Below are positions 1 to 14,000 of a DNA stretch of 64,000 nucleotides, in pieces. Source of the DNA: Tubulanus polymorphus (taxonomy: Eukaryota > Animalia > Nemertea); assembly GCF_964204645.1 (NCBI RefSeq), contig NC_134031.1, forward strand, positions 1,550,001 through 1,614,000, read 5' to 3'. Within the stretch, counting starts at the first letter, position 1. Each line of letters opens with the position of its first letter. A program made the position numbers and the translations under genes. Below the pieces are notes generated by a model. It worked only from the letters and a program-made list of their open reading frames with translations. It was not told the origin of the DNA and made no database searches.

Positions 1-1595
1 ATTAAATGTTTCAATAAACAACATTTCCTTTTGAAATCATATTTTGCGCAATCAAAATTAAACCAGATGAGTTTCACATTTGAGTGAGTGATGTAGCTGT
101 ATAATACAAGCATAGATTTTCAGTAGATATGTGTTTAACAACACTAAATATCACTGATAATTGTTATACATATTTCATCTATATTTCGTATTTCTTTATT
201 GTTTTATGTCTCCATCTTATTACTCATTGTCTTCTGAGACTGTTTGTCTGTGTCGGAATGTGTTAATTGTTGTTTGTCTCACTGTCATGTCACTACTCGT
301 CACCTTTGTTTTTGTATCATTTTCCATGTCTCAACTGTCTGAATCTGTGTTATATAAATAGCTATGTGTAAAAATAAAGTCAGTTCCAGTTTTGGTATTC
401 CAAACTGATAGTTCGCTCACTCGTTACTCTTTCGTTCTGCTCCGGATTTCCGACGTCGACCATTCTTCGAGAATAGGACAGAATATAGCTTTGCTAAATG
501 TGTAAATCATTTCCTCGAGTGAATCCCAGTTACTTCAAGATCTCTGGAGATATCACATAGATAAGCATTCACGAAACACTCCGAGTTCGTGTAGTAACAA
601 GAACATTGAAAATCTCAGCAAACTAAGAAAGAAAAGTCTGAAATATCTCATTGAGCTTATAGTTTATTGAATATCGATTTCATAAACTACAGCTCAAGGA
701 AACATCTGAGACTATATCCTCAGTGCTGGGATTTTGTACCACATTACCGAGAAATTAAGGTTATAAGTAATTAAGAGAATGATTAATTGTAGAATCTTAT
801 ACGAAATGATTAGATATTTTTTAAATTGACACGTACAAACGTTAGCTATAAATAATTATTCAATTATCCATTCTACTAGAGTGAGAGAGGGAGAGAGAGG
901 GTGAGGCCGCTGTTCTTTTGTTCGAGATTTTTTATTGGACGTGTGGAATTTTTTCTAAATAGATCTAAGGTCGAATATCAACTTCTATAATATACATATT
1001 CCCATTCAGAATTTATTACTATATTAGATTCATCGTGAAGGTCATGAACATTGTTTTTGTCACCTCACTTGAGTTAAGCAGTAAATGTACATGTAATAGA
1101 GAATAGTATTGCGTACTGAAATTGGCATTGGACGTGTAATTGTATTGTAATTATATGGTTGAATAGTCCGGACATTCAAATATGAGTTGCTGGTTTAGCA
1201 ATAAGGTTTTTAGTTAGGAGACATGTCATAATGATTTGATTCATAAGAGGTCAATCGGAATTTTCGATTGTAAAATCAGAATTATCCATATGCTGTAATT
1301 GTAAAGGGGCTGCATTCATTGTTAAATGACATCGTGGCTGCTGAAGTAGCAACGCTTTCGATCCCCCCCAAAAATACAGACGAGACAATAAGCTTCATTT
1401 TGGTGTTATCTTCTATTTTTCACATTGCTGAATATATTTCAAAGCATTACTATCAGCATTGATAGAACATTGATATTTCGTAAGGGGGTGCTGATTTTCA
1501 GAGGGATGGATGTAAAAATGAAAGGGGTATAAGCCGCCCCTGTAAAACCTGTTGCGGAGAACACTGACTGAGAACAGTGAAAGGTATATACTGAC

Positions 1596-4500
1596 CTCAT
1601 CAGCCTCTAGTGGTTTCCTACGCGATGAAATTGTTATATTCGTTCGTGAGATTTGTCTTTGTCGCGCTGCAAATACAGTCTCCTCCTGAGGTATCGGAGG
1701 CAAAGCTGAAAGAAAATAAAATTTTATGAAAAAAAAAAAAAGATTTTCGGCAGAAAATTGTTCACCTTTTTAATATAACCTCACAACCTGGAAATTATTG
1801 AAACACTTCATCTATTTTTACGAATGGCTGAGATTTAGGGCACGAAGGCTATCGGTGATTCTATCAGGTAGAACAGTAGAGCAGCAGCGATGATGTATAA
1901 GAGTTCTTGAAAAATTACATCAAACATAGTTGGAACAAAGAAAAACCACAGGAAAAAAAGTCGAATGATCATTAGCTGATATCAGAGACAACTGTTTAGT
2001 GTAAAACAGCGTTTGTTTACATTTTGTTTATAACGACCGACGCCCCCCTCCAACCCCTTCACTAATCGCTTACATCATCTCTATAGGTAAAATACCTCAA
2101 CAGCAACAGCATCACACTGAACTTCACAGTACAAATATTTGCCGCTTGAAAATTTTGAAATTGGAAATATTTTGAAACTGAGCTCAGGGGCCAGGATCAG
2201 TGAAATTGTCCCTAAGGCTGTTCCAGGTTCCTTCAGTACGGTCCCTTCAGTACGGTCCCAGCAGCCTGAGTGAAAGTGTTACCCTCCCAGAATCAGTCCT
2301 TTTATAACTGTGGTCCTCTCTGTCGAGATAAATACGTCCCAGCAGCCTGAAAGAAAGTGTTACCCTCCCAGAATCAGTCCTTTTATAACTGTGGTCCTCT
2401 CTGTCGAGATAAACACATCCCAGCAGCCTGAGTGAAAGTATTACCCTCCCGGAATCAGTCCTTTTATAACTGTGGTCCTCTATATCGAGATAAACACATC
2501 CCAGCGGCCTGAGAGAAAGTGTTACGCTCCAAGGCCCTCTCCCTAGTTATAAACACATTGTGTACTGGTTATGCACCCGATGCAAAGATCTAGAAGCCCC
2601 AGATATCGGTCAGTTAGCCATTAATAGACCTAATTTAAATGCCAAACATTAATGATAATAGTTGTGGTAATTAGCAGAGTCTATCGAGTAGTAGTGTATA
2701 GACACTGTACTCGGAGCTGGTGGTTCATTCCTAACTAAATAACAACCATACTCTGATGCGAAAACTCAGATTTTAGTCTCGCAAAGAATGCAATATATGC
2801 ATTATTTCATAACTTTATGATTTATTCGGGTACTCAATTCTGTTTTATTACATCGGGTTTTCCCCCTTGTGACATGTGATATGAGTCATTATTCAACCCG
2901 CCGAACCCTTACTAAAATCGAACAACCTTCTGGATAACCGTGGATCCAGTTACTATTTTTCCCTATATTATAGTGACCTCGTAACACCAGCGATGTTCCA
3001 TGATATTTATTTATTTGTAACAATTGTTACCCCGGTAATGAAGCATATAAATCTTCAGCTTCGGCAAAAAGTGTAATGAATGATTCGATACCGGTTACAA
3101 ACAGCTGCCAAATAGATCATACAACACCTACTCACTACATCCTCTCATAACCTATAAAACTTTGAACTCTCGTTATCAGTTCCGAAATATAAACAGCTCC
3201 GAGGAAAAATTCTGCATTTTTATGACTAGTGGTTTCTAACATGTTTTTTTTACGAGACCTCTGGGCAGTAAACGCTCAAACACTCATAAAACATATTTCA
3301 GGTACGGGCTGCGAGAGCGTGGTTACGTTCTGAGAAAATGATATAAATTATCATTATCATCATCAGTTATCCAGACCTCTACGCCGCCGGGTATCAGTAA
3401 CAACTGTGTGTACAGTTACAAACTAGATAAAACTGAAATGTTCAACGTATTTTCATATTACTCCGACTGACTCTACAGACTCCTCCGGAGAGAAACAGAT
3501 CCGGAGTGGGTAAAGAAACATATGTTCCCAGCAGGGAAATTCCATTCTGCTCGACATGTGCAACCACTTTCATGGATGAATGAAAATTCAGTTCGGTTTC
3601 TGGATTTTGACCTTTTTATACTAAACATTGACTCGGTCGATCTCTTACCAGACACTGATTAGTTTTTTTTTTTATGAGACAGAAGCTCTTTGAACATCCT
3701 GATAAAAATCAGATGTAGATTTTTTGCATGTTTAGGAGTCAAATTCAACAACTGTCGATGTCGTTCTAGCTCTTGTATGCTTTTCGAATTTTTAAAAAGA
3801 TGATGGCAAACCAGTTGCAGTTCTCTTCAAGAAACAGCGTCCAGTATTACATAACTTTTACCCTGGGATATTCAAGACAAATCAATTTTCCGTTGATGAA
3901 AACCTCCCTCATTCAGTTGCCACTCATATTATCGGATGATACATAGTTACTCTTGAAAACCAGACCAGACTAACAGATAGGCCCTATTTAATTGTAGTAG
4001 TTTTCACCAAAAATGGAAGTAATTTGAAATCAAAAATAGTAGTACAACTAAACCCTGGACCTACAGGTCATTTAATATTAAACCATGCAACATTCTAAAT
4101 ATTTTAGAATCCAAACATGCATGAATTGAGATAGGGTTAATAATACCTAGGGTGCTAGGGTAAGGGGATAGGGGGTAGGGGGTAGGGTTAGGGGGTAGGG
4201 GGTAGGGGGTTGGGAGGTAGTACGTACCTGTATTAGGTCTGTGTTTTGGTAGTGCAGTAGGAGTAGATGAAGGAGGAATGTGTCGAGGAGGTAAAGGAGG
4301 AGGTAAATCATCGGTGATTATCTCCGCTTCACGACGTTTACTGCGAGCTCCGTTCGAGAAACTCTTCGGTCGTTCCGGCAACAATGGAGGTTCAACGTCA
4401 TCGTCGACCTTCTCGTCGGTTTCCGTGACGACGATCAGCGGAGCAGACGTAGTAACTAAATCACGTTCTTCAGAATGTTTCTCGATGGAATTTTCGTAAT

Positions 4501-7500
4501 TAGATTTTTTCTCCTCGATGATCGTATTGTAAATATTTTCCTCTTCAATTTTGCTGTTTTTATCAGTTTGTTGCGATGATTGAGGATTGTGACGATGTTT
4601 TAAACGATATTGTTCGATCAATTGTGTGGCTAAAGTGCGTAAATAAGGAGGTTTCGGGGGTATGCTGGGTTTGTCTGTAATAGTGCGAGTTGTATTTTGA
4701 TCACAAGATGCCGAGTTCAATTTTTTACCATCATTTTCAGTAACTGCTTCTACGACTGGATCGGTGATTGGTTCTCCCATTGGTTCTCTGCACGGTTCTC
4801 CATCTGGTTCTTTATCCAATTCTCTATCTGATTCATCGACAGGTACTCTGATTGGTTCTTTGAGCATTTCTCTGATTGGTTCTTTGAGCAGTTCTCTGAT
4901 TGGTTCTCCGATTGGTTCGTAATAATCGTCGGGATCGGAATTATCGTTTTGAGAATTCGACGGTTCGCGTCTGTCAGCGACGTTCTGCGAGCCGCGTCGT
5001 CTAGGTGGCACCACCGGTGGTACGTCGCTCACCGGCGCCACCAGTCCGCCGCCATCGTCCGGCGTTTTAACCGATGTTTCGACCAGTAGCGGCTCCTCGC
5101 GTATTCCGTCGAGGCGATCCGCGAACGTCGACCGACGTTTAGCCGCATCCTCCGAGAGTTTCTCTTTAGCTAACGTTATCCGTAAATATTCATCGAGTCC
5201 AGGAAGAATTTCTACAACAAACAAATAATCAAACTGTTAAATATTTGAAAATTTTCAACTCTAGACCGCTGAGTTGTAACCTCTAAAACATCAAAACGAG
5301 GCCATTAAATTCATGAGACTGGTCTAATAGAAAAACTGGTCTTATAGAAAGTCTCGTTTTAAGACTGGTCTTAAGTCTTGACTGTGCAACTGACCCTGGC
5401 ATAAACTATCTCATCTGAGGTAATTTTGAAGATCAGATAGTTTGATTGACTGACAGTATGATTGGATACTAATCAATTTCAATGAAGGATTTACTGATCT
5501 ACAGTTTGAGGTCTGCCTAATTTTCTAAATTAAGATAAAGTCTTCTGATCGAGGATGAATGTGTTTCATTTTAAATGATGCGTGAAACAGAAGAACAGGA
5601 GAACGTTCAGTTGCTGAAGTTGAGGGTCAGGAGAGTTGGCACTCACTCACTCAGTCCGTCTGTCTGTCTGTCTGCATGGTCAGTGAGATAACCTTGAGAC
5701 TTATCAACGCACAAACATACAGAAACTATTTCATTATCGCAAAGATAAGTTTCAACCATTTCAGAACTATAAATATTGCATAATCTCTTACTCTCAATAA
5801 TCTGATCATGAAATATTCTAAAATCCCGAAACCAAACTTTCAGAGCAGCGATACAAATATAATCATAAACACACATTATATAAACACGACATTTTCCTAG
5901 AAAAACGAAGTCAGCGATAAAAAACTAGTTACGCGCGTCGTGTGTAGGGTCTATGGGTCTAATTTCAGATCAGCCACTTGAGAGTGAATGTAAAAATGTC
6001 AAAACACCTCTTTACTGGTGCTTGACAGCAGACAAATTCTCTCTAGTATAATCGAACGCCACGTATGAGTTCAGATATAAGTAACCATCATTTCCCTCCA
6101 AATGATCAGTCTCAGACTGGAGACATTTTTAAAATCTGTCTAGTGCGGACAGAAAAAAGCTTTTAGAGAGCTTTAAATCTTTCCCTCCCCGACAATGCGA
6201 TACATAGACAAAGAGCAGTTTGACAAACCGCGTTTAGACCTAATTCCGGCTAAAATTTTTAAAACTAAATTGAAAACGTATTGGGTGATTTTTAAACCGA
6301 TAGGTCGACATTTGTATAGAGTGAATATCTGTGGTTTCTTCAGAATCAACTCCGTATGAATCATTGCCATTATTTTCAACGTCGCTCGCATTTTTTAGAA
6401 CCATTTTTAACGTAAAATACAGTTACAGCGAGCAACTTGTGTTCTACATGTCTAAATCTTCATCGACACTACACTGTTTTACCGCTCGTCTAGAAACAGA
6501 CAAATGGCTTTCAATTTTTAAGAATATTTTTTTGTAGGCAGCACTGCTGAAAATCGTAACATATACATTTCACCATTTGCAAGACTATGAGTACCGCAAG
6601 CCGTCAGACAGGTAGAAAAAATATCCGGTAATTATTTACACAAAGATTTGTAACGAAATTTTTTTAAAAATTCTCATGTTATTTCATTCATGTTATAGCC
6701 CTATATTAGCGCGGTATTCAAAGAACAAAGTGCAAGCAATGCGGGATATTTCACATCCCTAACTGCGAACAATAACACACTTATAATGGGCCGAAATTTT
6801 TCTGGTTTTTTTGCGTCATAAAGACTTTTTGATTAAACAACCTCTCATTGAGAGAATTTCTGAAGGTGTGTTCTCGGACTTTCTTCATAAGTACCGGTAG
6901 CCTGTCGAGTAAAAAACAAACGGATAATGCGTTATTTGGTTGCAATAGAAAGCCTTTCAATCAATCGGAAAAGTCACAAGGACAACACCAGCACCTTGAA
7001 GCACCTTGCATCCAACTCTCCTTCCTGAACAGTAGGTGATAATTATTATCAACATTTATGAAACAAAACACTGTTTACTGTTTACTCACCGCTGATGAGT
7101 GCTGAGGGTTAAGTGGCAAACATTTGACTTTATTATTTCACGAGGCGTTACACAAATAACTCTCTCCCACACAGATCATCTCCCCATTTAACTTACTATT
7201 TTCAATTCTGATATTTTTGTAAGTCGATACGGGAGTCATAAAATATGTTCAGGAAAACCGGCGGCCAAATGCGTGACCTACACGCGATGACCCCCTAATG
7301 ACTGGTCTAATCCGGAGTAAAACGGTCGGATCTCAATAGGAGGGGAAAATTAGGAAAAACATACATTGAACCGATAGTTTACACAAGCCGTATATAGAAA
7401 CTGATAATAGAGAGCGCGAAATCAGACATTATTATCATAAAACTAAATAAGAGTCTCACAGTCAGTTGGCCTATATGCCAATAATACCTATACACCATAT

Positions 7501-9543
7501 CTCAATACACGCCAGGCACCGATACATTGATACCGACGAGAATAGTAGTTCTTCACGGATTTTTTTCTGATGGAATAATTAGCGATATAATACACGTGTA
7601 TAAAGTAATTAGACCTCGTTAATATCGTTTTCTAATAATTTGATCCATTTTTAGGTAATTACGATTTCTATAATGTATTCTTTACGGAAGATCGGGCATT
7701 TTTTTTTATCGTCATGGATACAGAGAAGGTCGAATGCCGTCCGTTAATTCAACGGATGACATCATCGCGCGGAATTCTAAACCCGAACGATTCGGCACGC
7801 GACGACCGTATGTAGAACTGAGGATGAGCTGAAATATTATCATCGAAACTATCACGAAGGTGGTGATGATCGCGTTAACCTAAATATACAACCCCGGATG
7901 AACAGAACGAAAAAAAACAATATCGTAAAAATTAACGATGTCTCTGACAGGAAAACAGTCATCAGTATAGGCTGTAATATATAATCGCTTATTTCCTCAA
8001 TACTTCACCATATATGTTTCCTGTAGTAGATATAATATATATATATATATATATATATCCGTTTGGAAAGGTATAGACTTACTTTATAATTATGATTTCA
8101 ATCTATCATTCATTTAATCCTATTATAAATAGCCCTGAAATCGACGGATTCTTTTGGGCTGAACATTCATTTTATGGATTCATGGATTATTTCACGGTTT
8201 TACAAGAGTAGGCCTACTATAGACTAGGCCTATGAGGCTGTTCGAAACACATTTTTGGGGAAATTTTGATACCCCTCCTATCCCCCCTTTTGTAACAAGC
8301 TGTCATTTTGGCAGACCCCTATAATATTACGTAATAAATGTTACACCCTCCCCTTAATGATTTGCATCTTTATCACGGTTTGAAACTGTGGCTTTCAATG
8401 TGTTATGAGGAGTTGTCTTTCCAGTTAAAATAAAGCTAGAAAACGGTCCAACTTCACTGCTAGTTTCACTTCAAAAAAGTTGCTCATGATTCTTTACTTC
8501 AGAGAAATTCCAACAGTTTGTTAAGTAACAGATGCTGAGACTCTCCCTCTCCTTGCAACAATCTGTAAAAACTTTTTGAACCCCAGACGCGTAACGTAAT
8601 TTTTGAACAGCCCCTACAGGGCAAACTGGATAAATTTCTGTTCAGTACAAAATAAACGCTATGCCTACTAGAATGAGGTATCGGTTGAATGTATAAACCA
8701 CTATTCCAAATAAACTTTGATCCTTTTGTGTCCATATCGTGTATCAGGCTTTCCCAGAAATTTACGATACCGAATGTATCTTTAAACACAAAAGAAACTC
8801 GCGCTTGATCATAAATAAAAATCAAAGTAAAAAGCGCCCGGAAACAGCTATAGGCTTATACATCGATACCAATAAAAGGAATCTGCCCACATGAATTTCC
8901 TCCGAAGTCAAAACAAGTTTTCTATTCGAGTTTGAATTTTCTTTTTATTCCTGGAAACAATTTATGGGCATTAAAATCGTGAAGCGTTAAAATTTCAACT
9001 TGGAGCATGACCTCACTGAACTTACTTCTTACTGCTTATCTGTTAGGACTGGAAAATATGCTGAAATTTTGAATGCTAATGAATAGGATAAAAAAAGCGA
9101 CAAAAAAATTCTGTAAAACGGCTACTAGGTAATTTAATAAAAAACCCAAATGGAACTGATACAAAATAAAAGGCTTCTAAACTAAAAACAAACTCTTTCA
9201 CTGATGCAATTTCCTTATCTTATTTAGGGCCTACTCATTATCTGTCTGTATTAATTGCTGTATTTAACAAGCCATAAAAAATACAATAAAAATTGTTTTC
9301 TCAATTTTCAGCAATAAAATCCTTTGTACAGTAAACTTGTCTTTGAACACTTATATATGACAAGTATTAGCTTACCACTTTATTAATTGCAGGTAAGAAG
9401 AAAACAACTGTTTAAAAGAGTTAAAAACAAACTGAAACCCGAATAAAACTAAATTGGATTTTACTTTAAGAAGTGAGATTTAATTTGTTTTTACCTTCGA
9501 TTGTCTCGATAGAAACTTGTAAAAGCTGACGTCGCATTGTCAT
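1596..9543 (-). CDS. SKAP-like (Src kinase-associated phosphoprotein family) Pro/Tyr-rich adaptor, 5' part; exons 9543-9495, 5211-4228, 1705-1596; continues beyond the left edge
   Basis: Phase-compatible GT-AG splicing gives MTMRRQLLQVSIETIE-EILPGLDEYLRITLAKEKLSEDAAKRRSTFADRL, which resembles the N-terminal helical dimerisation segment of SKAP1/2 (an AFAP1-type N-terminus is the alternative). It is followed by PxxP-R/K motifs and Tyr motifs (YYEPI, IYNTI, NYENS). The PH/SH3 domains are not in the window. Confidence 0.6.
2257..2530. repeat. 81-bp minisatellite, about 3.3 copies
   Basis: Unit CCCAGCAGCCTGAGTGAAAGTGTTACCCTCCCAGAATCAGTCC.. recurs at 2257, 2338, 2419 and 2500. Confidence 0.9.
4157..4218 (+). 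repeat. G-rich (GGGGTA)n tract
   Basis: At least 9 runs of G3-5 separated by 2-4 nt loops. Confidence 0.85.
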
Positions 9544-10594
9544 TTATTATTCCCCATGTTTAACTCATCCTTTCAATGATATTCGATAAATCCAGCGCCT
9601 GGTGATATCGACGACGGACCAACTCTCTCTCCTCCGTTTACTACCTGTCATTCGAATAAACTTCCATCAACTTTTGCTCTTTTAGTTCAGATTTCTGCCA
9701 ACAGATGGTGATAGTATTCAGTGTCGAATTGATTATTCTATCACTGCGGTTTATCACTTAGTTTTAGACACAGCAACTTTTATAACTCTTGACATTCTCA
9801 AAACAATTAAAACGTATAATACTCTCTGATCAGCGCGTAATAGGGACAGATTTTAAGTTAATTAATAATCCATTATGTATACAGTTTTAGGAAGAAAGGG
9901 ATTGATTTTGACAATATCAGTTTGATGGACCAAGTTGGGTCTTGACAAATATCTGCAAATTATCTTCATTTATCCATTGAGAACCGATAGATTTTACCCT
10001 GCAACGTTTTATGCATGAACTATATTCAATTTTTGATTGTAATTTCTACTTACCGAATTGATCCTCGAAAACACTAAAATACTCGACCTTTCAGAACGAT
10101 ATATACATTTCAAAAATCCAACTTCACAACTGGCCGCAATTTATGAAAATAGGTCTAAGTGTATAACGGTCCCTCCAGTGGTATAGCCTAGGGTATTGTA
10201 AAAAGTATAGGCCTAATTGTGTGTTGTGCAAGTGCCAACTGGGCTGCCGACAAGCTTAGATGTGATTATATCAACAGCACAAAAATCATACGTTCCGACA
10301 CTGCACATTTACACTGGGCCCGTTGACAGTTGTTGACGCTCAACTCGCAACTACTAAAGCAACTGGCAATGTCGTCTCAGGGCTTCCATACATAAGATCA
10401 CTAAGAATTCCAAAAATCCTAAGAGCAACACAATAAAAGAAATGGCGTAGAGATACAATCATTTATTACACCAAGCCAGCAGACAATAAATGAGTAAAAT
10501 GACAAAATCGATATAAAAAGTAAGGTCTAAGCCAGCTTAGAACCTAATGCGTTAAAATGTTTATGCTAAATCTATCTTAACTAATTACAATCTA

Positions 10595-10940
10595 CAGGGT
10601 CCCTCCAGCTATCAGTCGTTTTGGATATAATAATGAGTTTTAAAGGAGAAAGCGTCTGCATCACTTTCATATCCCAATTACAGTAGACTCCTCCTAAATC
10701 GGTGCTGTTTATCTCGGTAAACCATTAATTTGGAGGTTTTGTAACAAAATTCCTATCCTTCCTTATTTGGTAACCGCCTTTGTTAGGTAAAAACAAATCC
10801 TTGTATCGATTTAGGCACAGTTACTGTATAACTTCTAAAATTTCTAAACATTGAAGGAGTTTTAAAGGAATTTATGGCATTTTGCTCAAGTCAAATGAGT
10901 TTCAAGCTTTTTAAGGAATCAAGGAGTTGTAGGGACCCTG
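10595..10940. mobile_element. CAGGGTCCC-terminated MITE with 5-bp TSD (ATCTA), containing a nested TA-flanked Tc1/mariner-type MITE (10681-10826)
   Basis: ATCTA|CAGGGTCCCT..AGGGACCCTG|ATCTA outside and TA|CAGTAGACT..AGTTACTG|TA inside. Related CAGGGTT..-ended elements at about 11500-11720, 20316-20645, 25592-25797 and 31500-31760. Confidence 0.65.
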
Positions 10941-11009
10941 ATCTAAAATGTTATAAAACTGATCTCTCTCTCTCGAATGTAAGCGAAGTTCTTTAAAACT
11001 CACACAGTT

Positions 11010-14000
11010 CTAAAGAAGAGGATATTTAGTTGAATTTGCTGCCGATTCTTTGTCGTGATATTTTCTCTCGATGGTTTGAAGTTGATGACGAATCGCATGC
11101 GACGTATTCAATAATCCGTCTGTTTTCAGGCGTCTGCTCGTTCGTCCGTCTGCTAAATCGGGACAACGTTTCCGAAGGTCGCGTGTCGCCGTTTTCGTCT
11201 TGCGAAGGTCGTCTGGTTCGCGGTAAAGGCGTTTCGATTCGCGTACGATCTTGTTCACTTCGGATTCGTTCTGAAAAAAAATATTTCAAGTTTTCAGCTC
11301 AACGAAGAGAACCACCAAATTCAAATAGCGGTAACTGTTTACTTACTGTATCCATTTTCGCTCGAACTCCTTTCGCTGCGTGTTTTAGATCTAGGTTTTT
11401 GGCGGCGGGTAAAGTCGCTGGTCGCGAGCTATCGTAGCCGGCTAAACAATGCTGAAAATATACATTCGAAACTACAAGTTTAAAATAATAGCCGACACAG
11501 GTCAGAGTTCTTACAGATCAAAGTAATTCTCTTGTTTTTCCCAGATCCTTGACCAAAATTCTATGATTAAGTTATAAGATATCCAAAGTTGAGGCTGTTT
11601 CTTATCAAAAGGTTCCTTATGCCATCTAAGAACCACAGGACTCTGAAAAATTGAAATTTTCTGCCTTTTCCCTGATTTTCAGGAAATGAATTCCCTAATT
11701 CTCGCTGATCTGTAAGAACCCACACTATATCCGAATTGAAATCGTTTTGCAGTTTGATTATGAATCACCTCGGACAACGCGCAGGAATCCGACGGTTCGA
11801 AACTCTTACGTCGATGTGGCCTCCGTTTTTCAACAGCTTCGAAAACATTCGAAGGAATACTGATTCTGTAAATATAGAAAAGATCAAACATTTTGATTCC
11901 GATCTACGTTGCATTTAAAACCATCTTCACTCAAGAGTCGGACTGTTTACCTGACGAAGCCGGGAGATTCAGAAGTCGGTTGTTTACGTTTACTACGACA
12001 GATCGGACAGTAACTAGCGCCATCTTTAGCCTGATTGATCGGAACAGTGAATAGACGACTGTTTACGTTGTACGTGTGAATACCTGTTAAATACATTAAA
12101 TACCGCATTAAATACCCCTAAAATACACACAAATACATTAAATACATACCGGTACGCCAGTCACATTCACTGTATTCTTTATAATACAGTCGAACTTGTC
12201 CTCTGTCACATTACCGCAGGTGTCTCTATCTTTTTGAGTATTTTAATTTACTAAGTCATTATTTAGATAATTCAACGATTGACTAATGTCATCTCTACTT
12301 TCTGATTACTTGAGTCAAACTCGGTTTAATCATCATTTGGACAAGTTGTCACATTCCATTTTGTGGTCCCAATTGTGTTTCTAATTTGATTTACAAAGTC
12401 TTCATTTGGATAATTCATCCCTTGACTGAAGTCATTTCTACTTTCTGATAAATTAAGTCACACTCAGTTAAATCGTCATTTTAAGTCGTCGCATTCCATT
12501 TTGTGGCCCCCAATTGTATTTCTAATTTGATTTACTAAGTGTAAGTCGTTAATTGTATTAGTCGTCATAACTACTCAGACTTCAACAGGTTTCACTGTTT
12601 GACCGAGGGAAGCTTTGAAATGAACTTACAAGTGTGTTCAGGATCTGGAACGATTTCTGGGTTTGGTTCCTCATCATCTACAACTGGACTTCTGAAAATC
12701 CAAATATAAACTGCACTATGTTAAACACTATAACACAGTAGTAGTTACTCTGGACTCAGTTCTAGGGCTGCAGTTGCTCAACAGTTGGTTAGACAGGGTG
12801 GCCACTTGCTTTTCCCTGACATGCACGGTGTTTTCCCTGACTTGATGTGCTAAGAATCCAATCCCGTCAAATATTTAAGACATACAAAGAAATTGTTTGA
12901 TTTTACACGATCTAGCAATTTCAACCAGTGTTTACTCTTACCAACTTTCAAGCAACTGCAGCCCCTGGATTAACACCAAAGAGTTAAACATTTGGATATG
13001 AACTCAGAGTTAGCTAACTCTCTAACTCACAACCGTCGAAACTGGATTCTGATATTTACTTGAGTTCAGGAATCGACGATTTCACGCATTCTTTTTTGTG
13101 TCGATTACGAAACGCTTTCATCTCCTCGAAGTAAACGTCAGGTTTATCATCTAAAGATTGTTCGGCGTTATCTAAAACACCGGCGATCCAGTCGTAACCG
13201 AGGAGAGGTCGTTCACCCTGACGATGTTTAGCCGTTCCGTTCAGCTGCTGCTGCTGGTCGTCAATCAGTTCTGAATACGTCTGTGATAATGATTCCTGGA
13301 ACGTCACACGCGTCGGTGTCTGAAAATACACCACGTATATATATATATATTATTAACTACTTCATTTATTTTCTGGGACCCGATTCAAAAGTTGTCTGTT
13401 AAGATTTGATGGTAGAGTTAAAATAAGTTCATTTTTAGGGCAACCGACATTTGCAAAGTGTTATCTCCAACAAATTGAATTTTCTTCAGGAAGATGTTCG
13501 CATTAATCCTTTATCGACGTTAAGACCCTTTGTAATGCCTTTCTCATTTCTGTGCACATCAAACAAATCAAATCAGTTTGAAGCATCCCTGCTTTCAAAT
13601 GCTTTAACTCTAAAGCAAAATAATCTTAATCAACAACTCAGGAACTGGGAAAACCTAAAATATCAGTTTAAATTCGTTTCCTCAGTCGCAGATCTCAATC
13701 AATTATTACCTTCTTAGCTAAATCTTTTGCTGGTGATAGTAAACAGGTGCGGTTTGTCGGATCGGTTTTCAACGTGGCTATTTTACGGTTGTTACCGTCG
13801 TCGTTCAGTAAAGACGGTTGTTGAATCGAACTGACTCCGACACTGGCTAAAGTGTTAGAGGACGACGCCCTGAAAGAAACAAGGTTTGCATAGACTGTTA
13901 GGTGGATAGACTCATCCTTAGCATTTATAATACATTGGACCTGATTCCACAGTGTTGTGAGTTAGAGTTAACTCTGAACTCAGGATCCAGTCCCACAGTT

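Noticed and set aside
421-463. Possible alternative first exon MVDVGNPEQNERVT (minus, donor GTGAGC)
   Set aside because: Its phase does not match the preceding exon and the downstream acceptor is outside the window.
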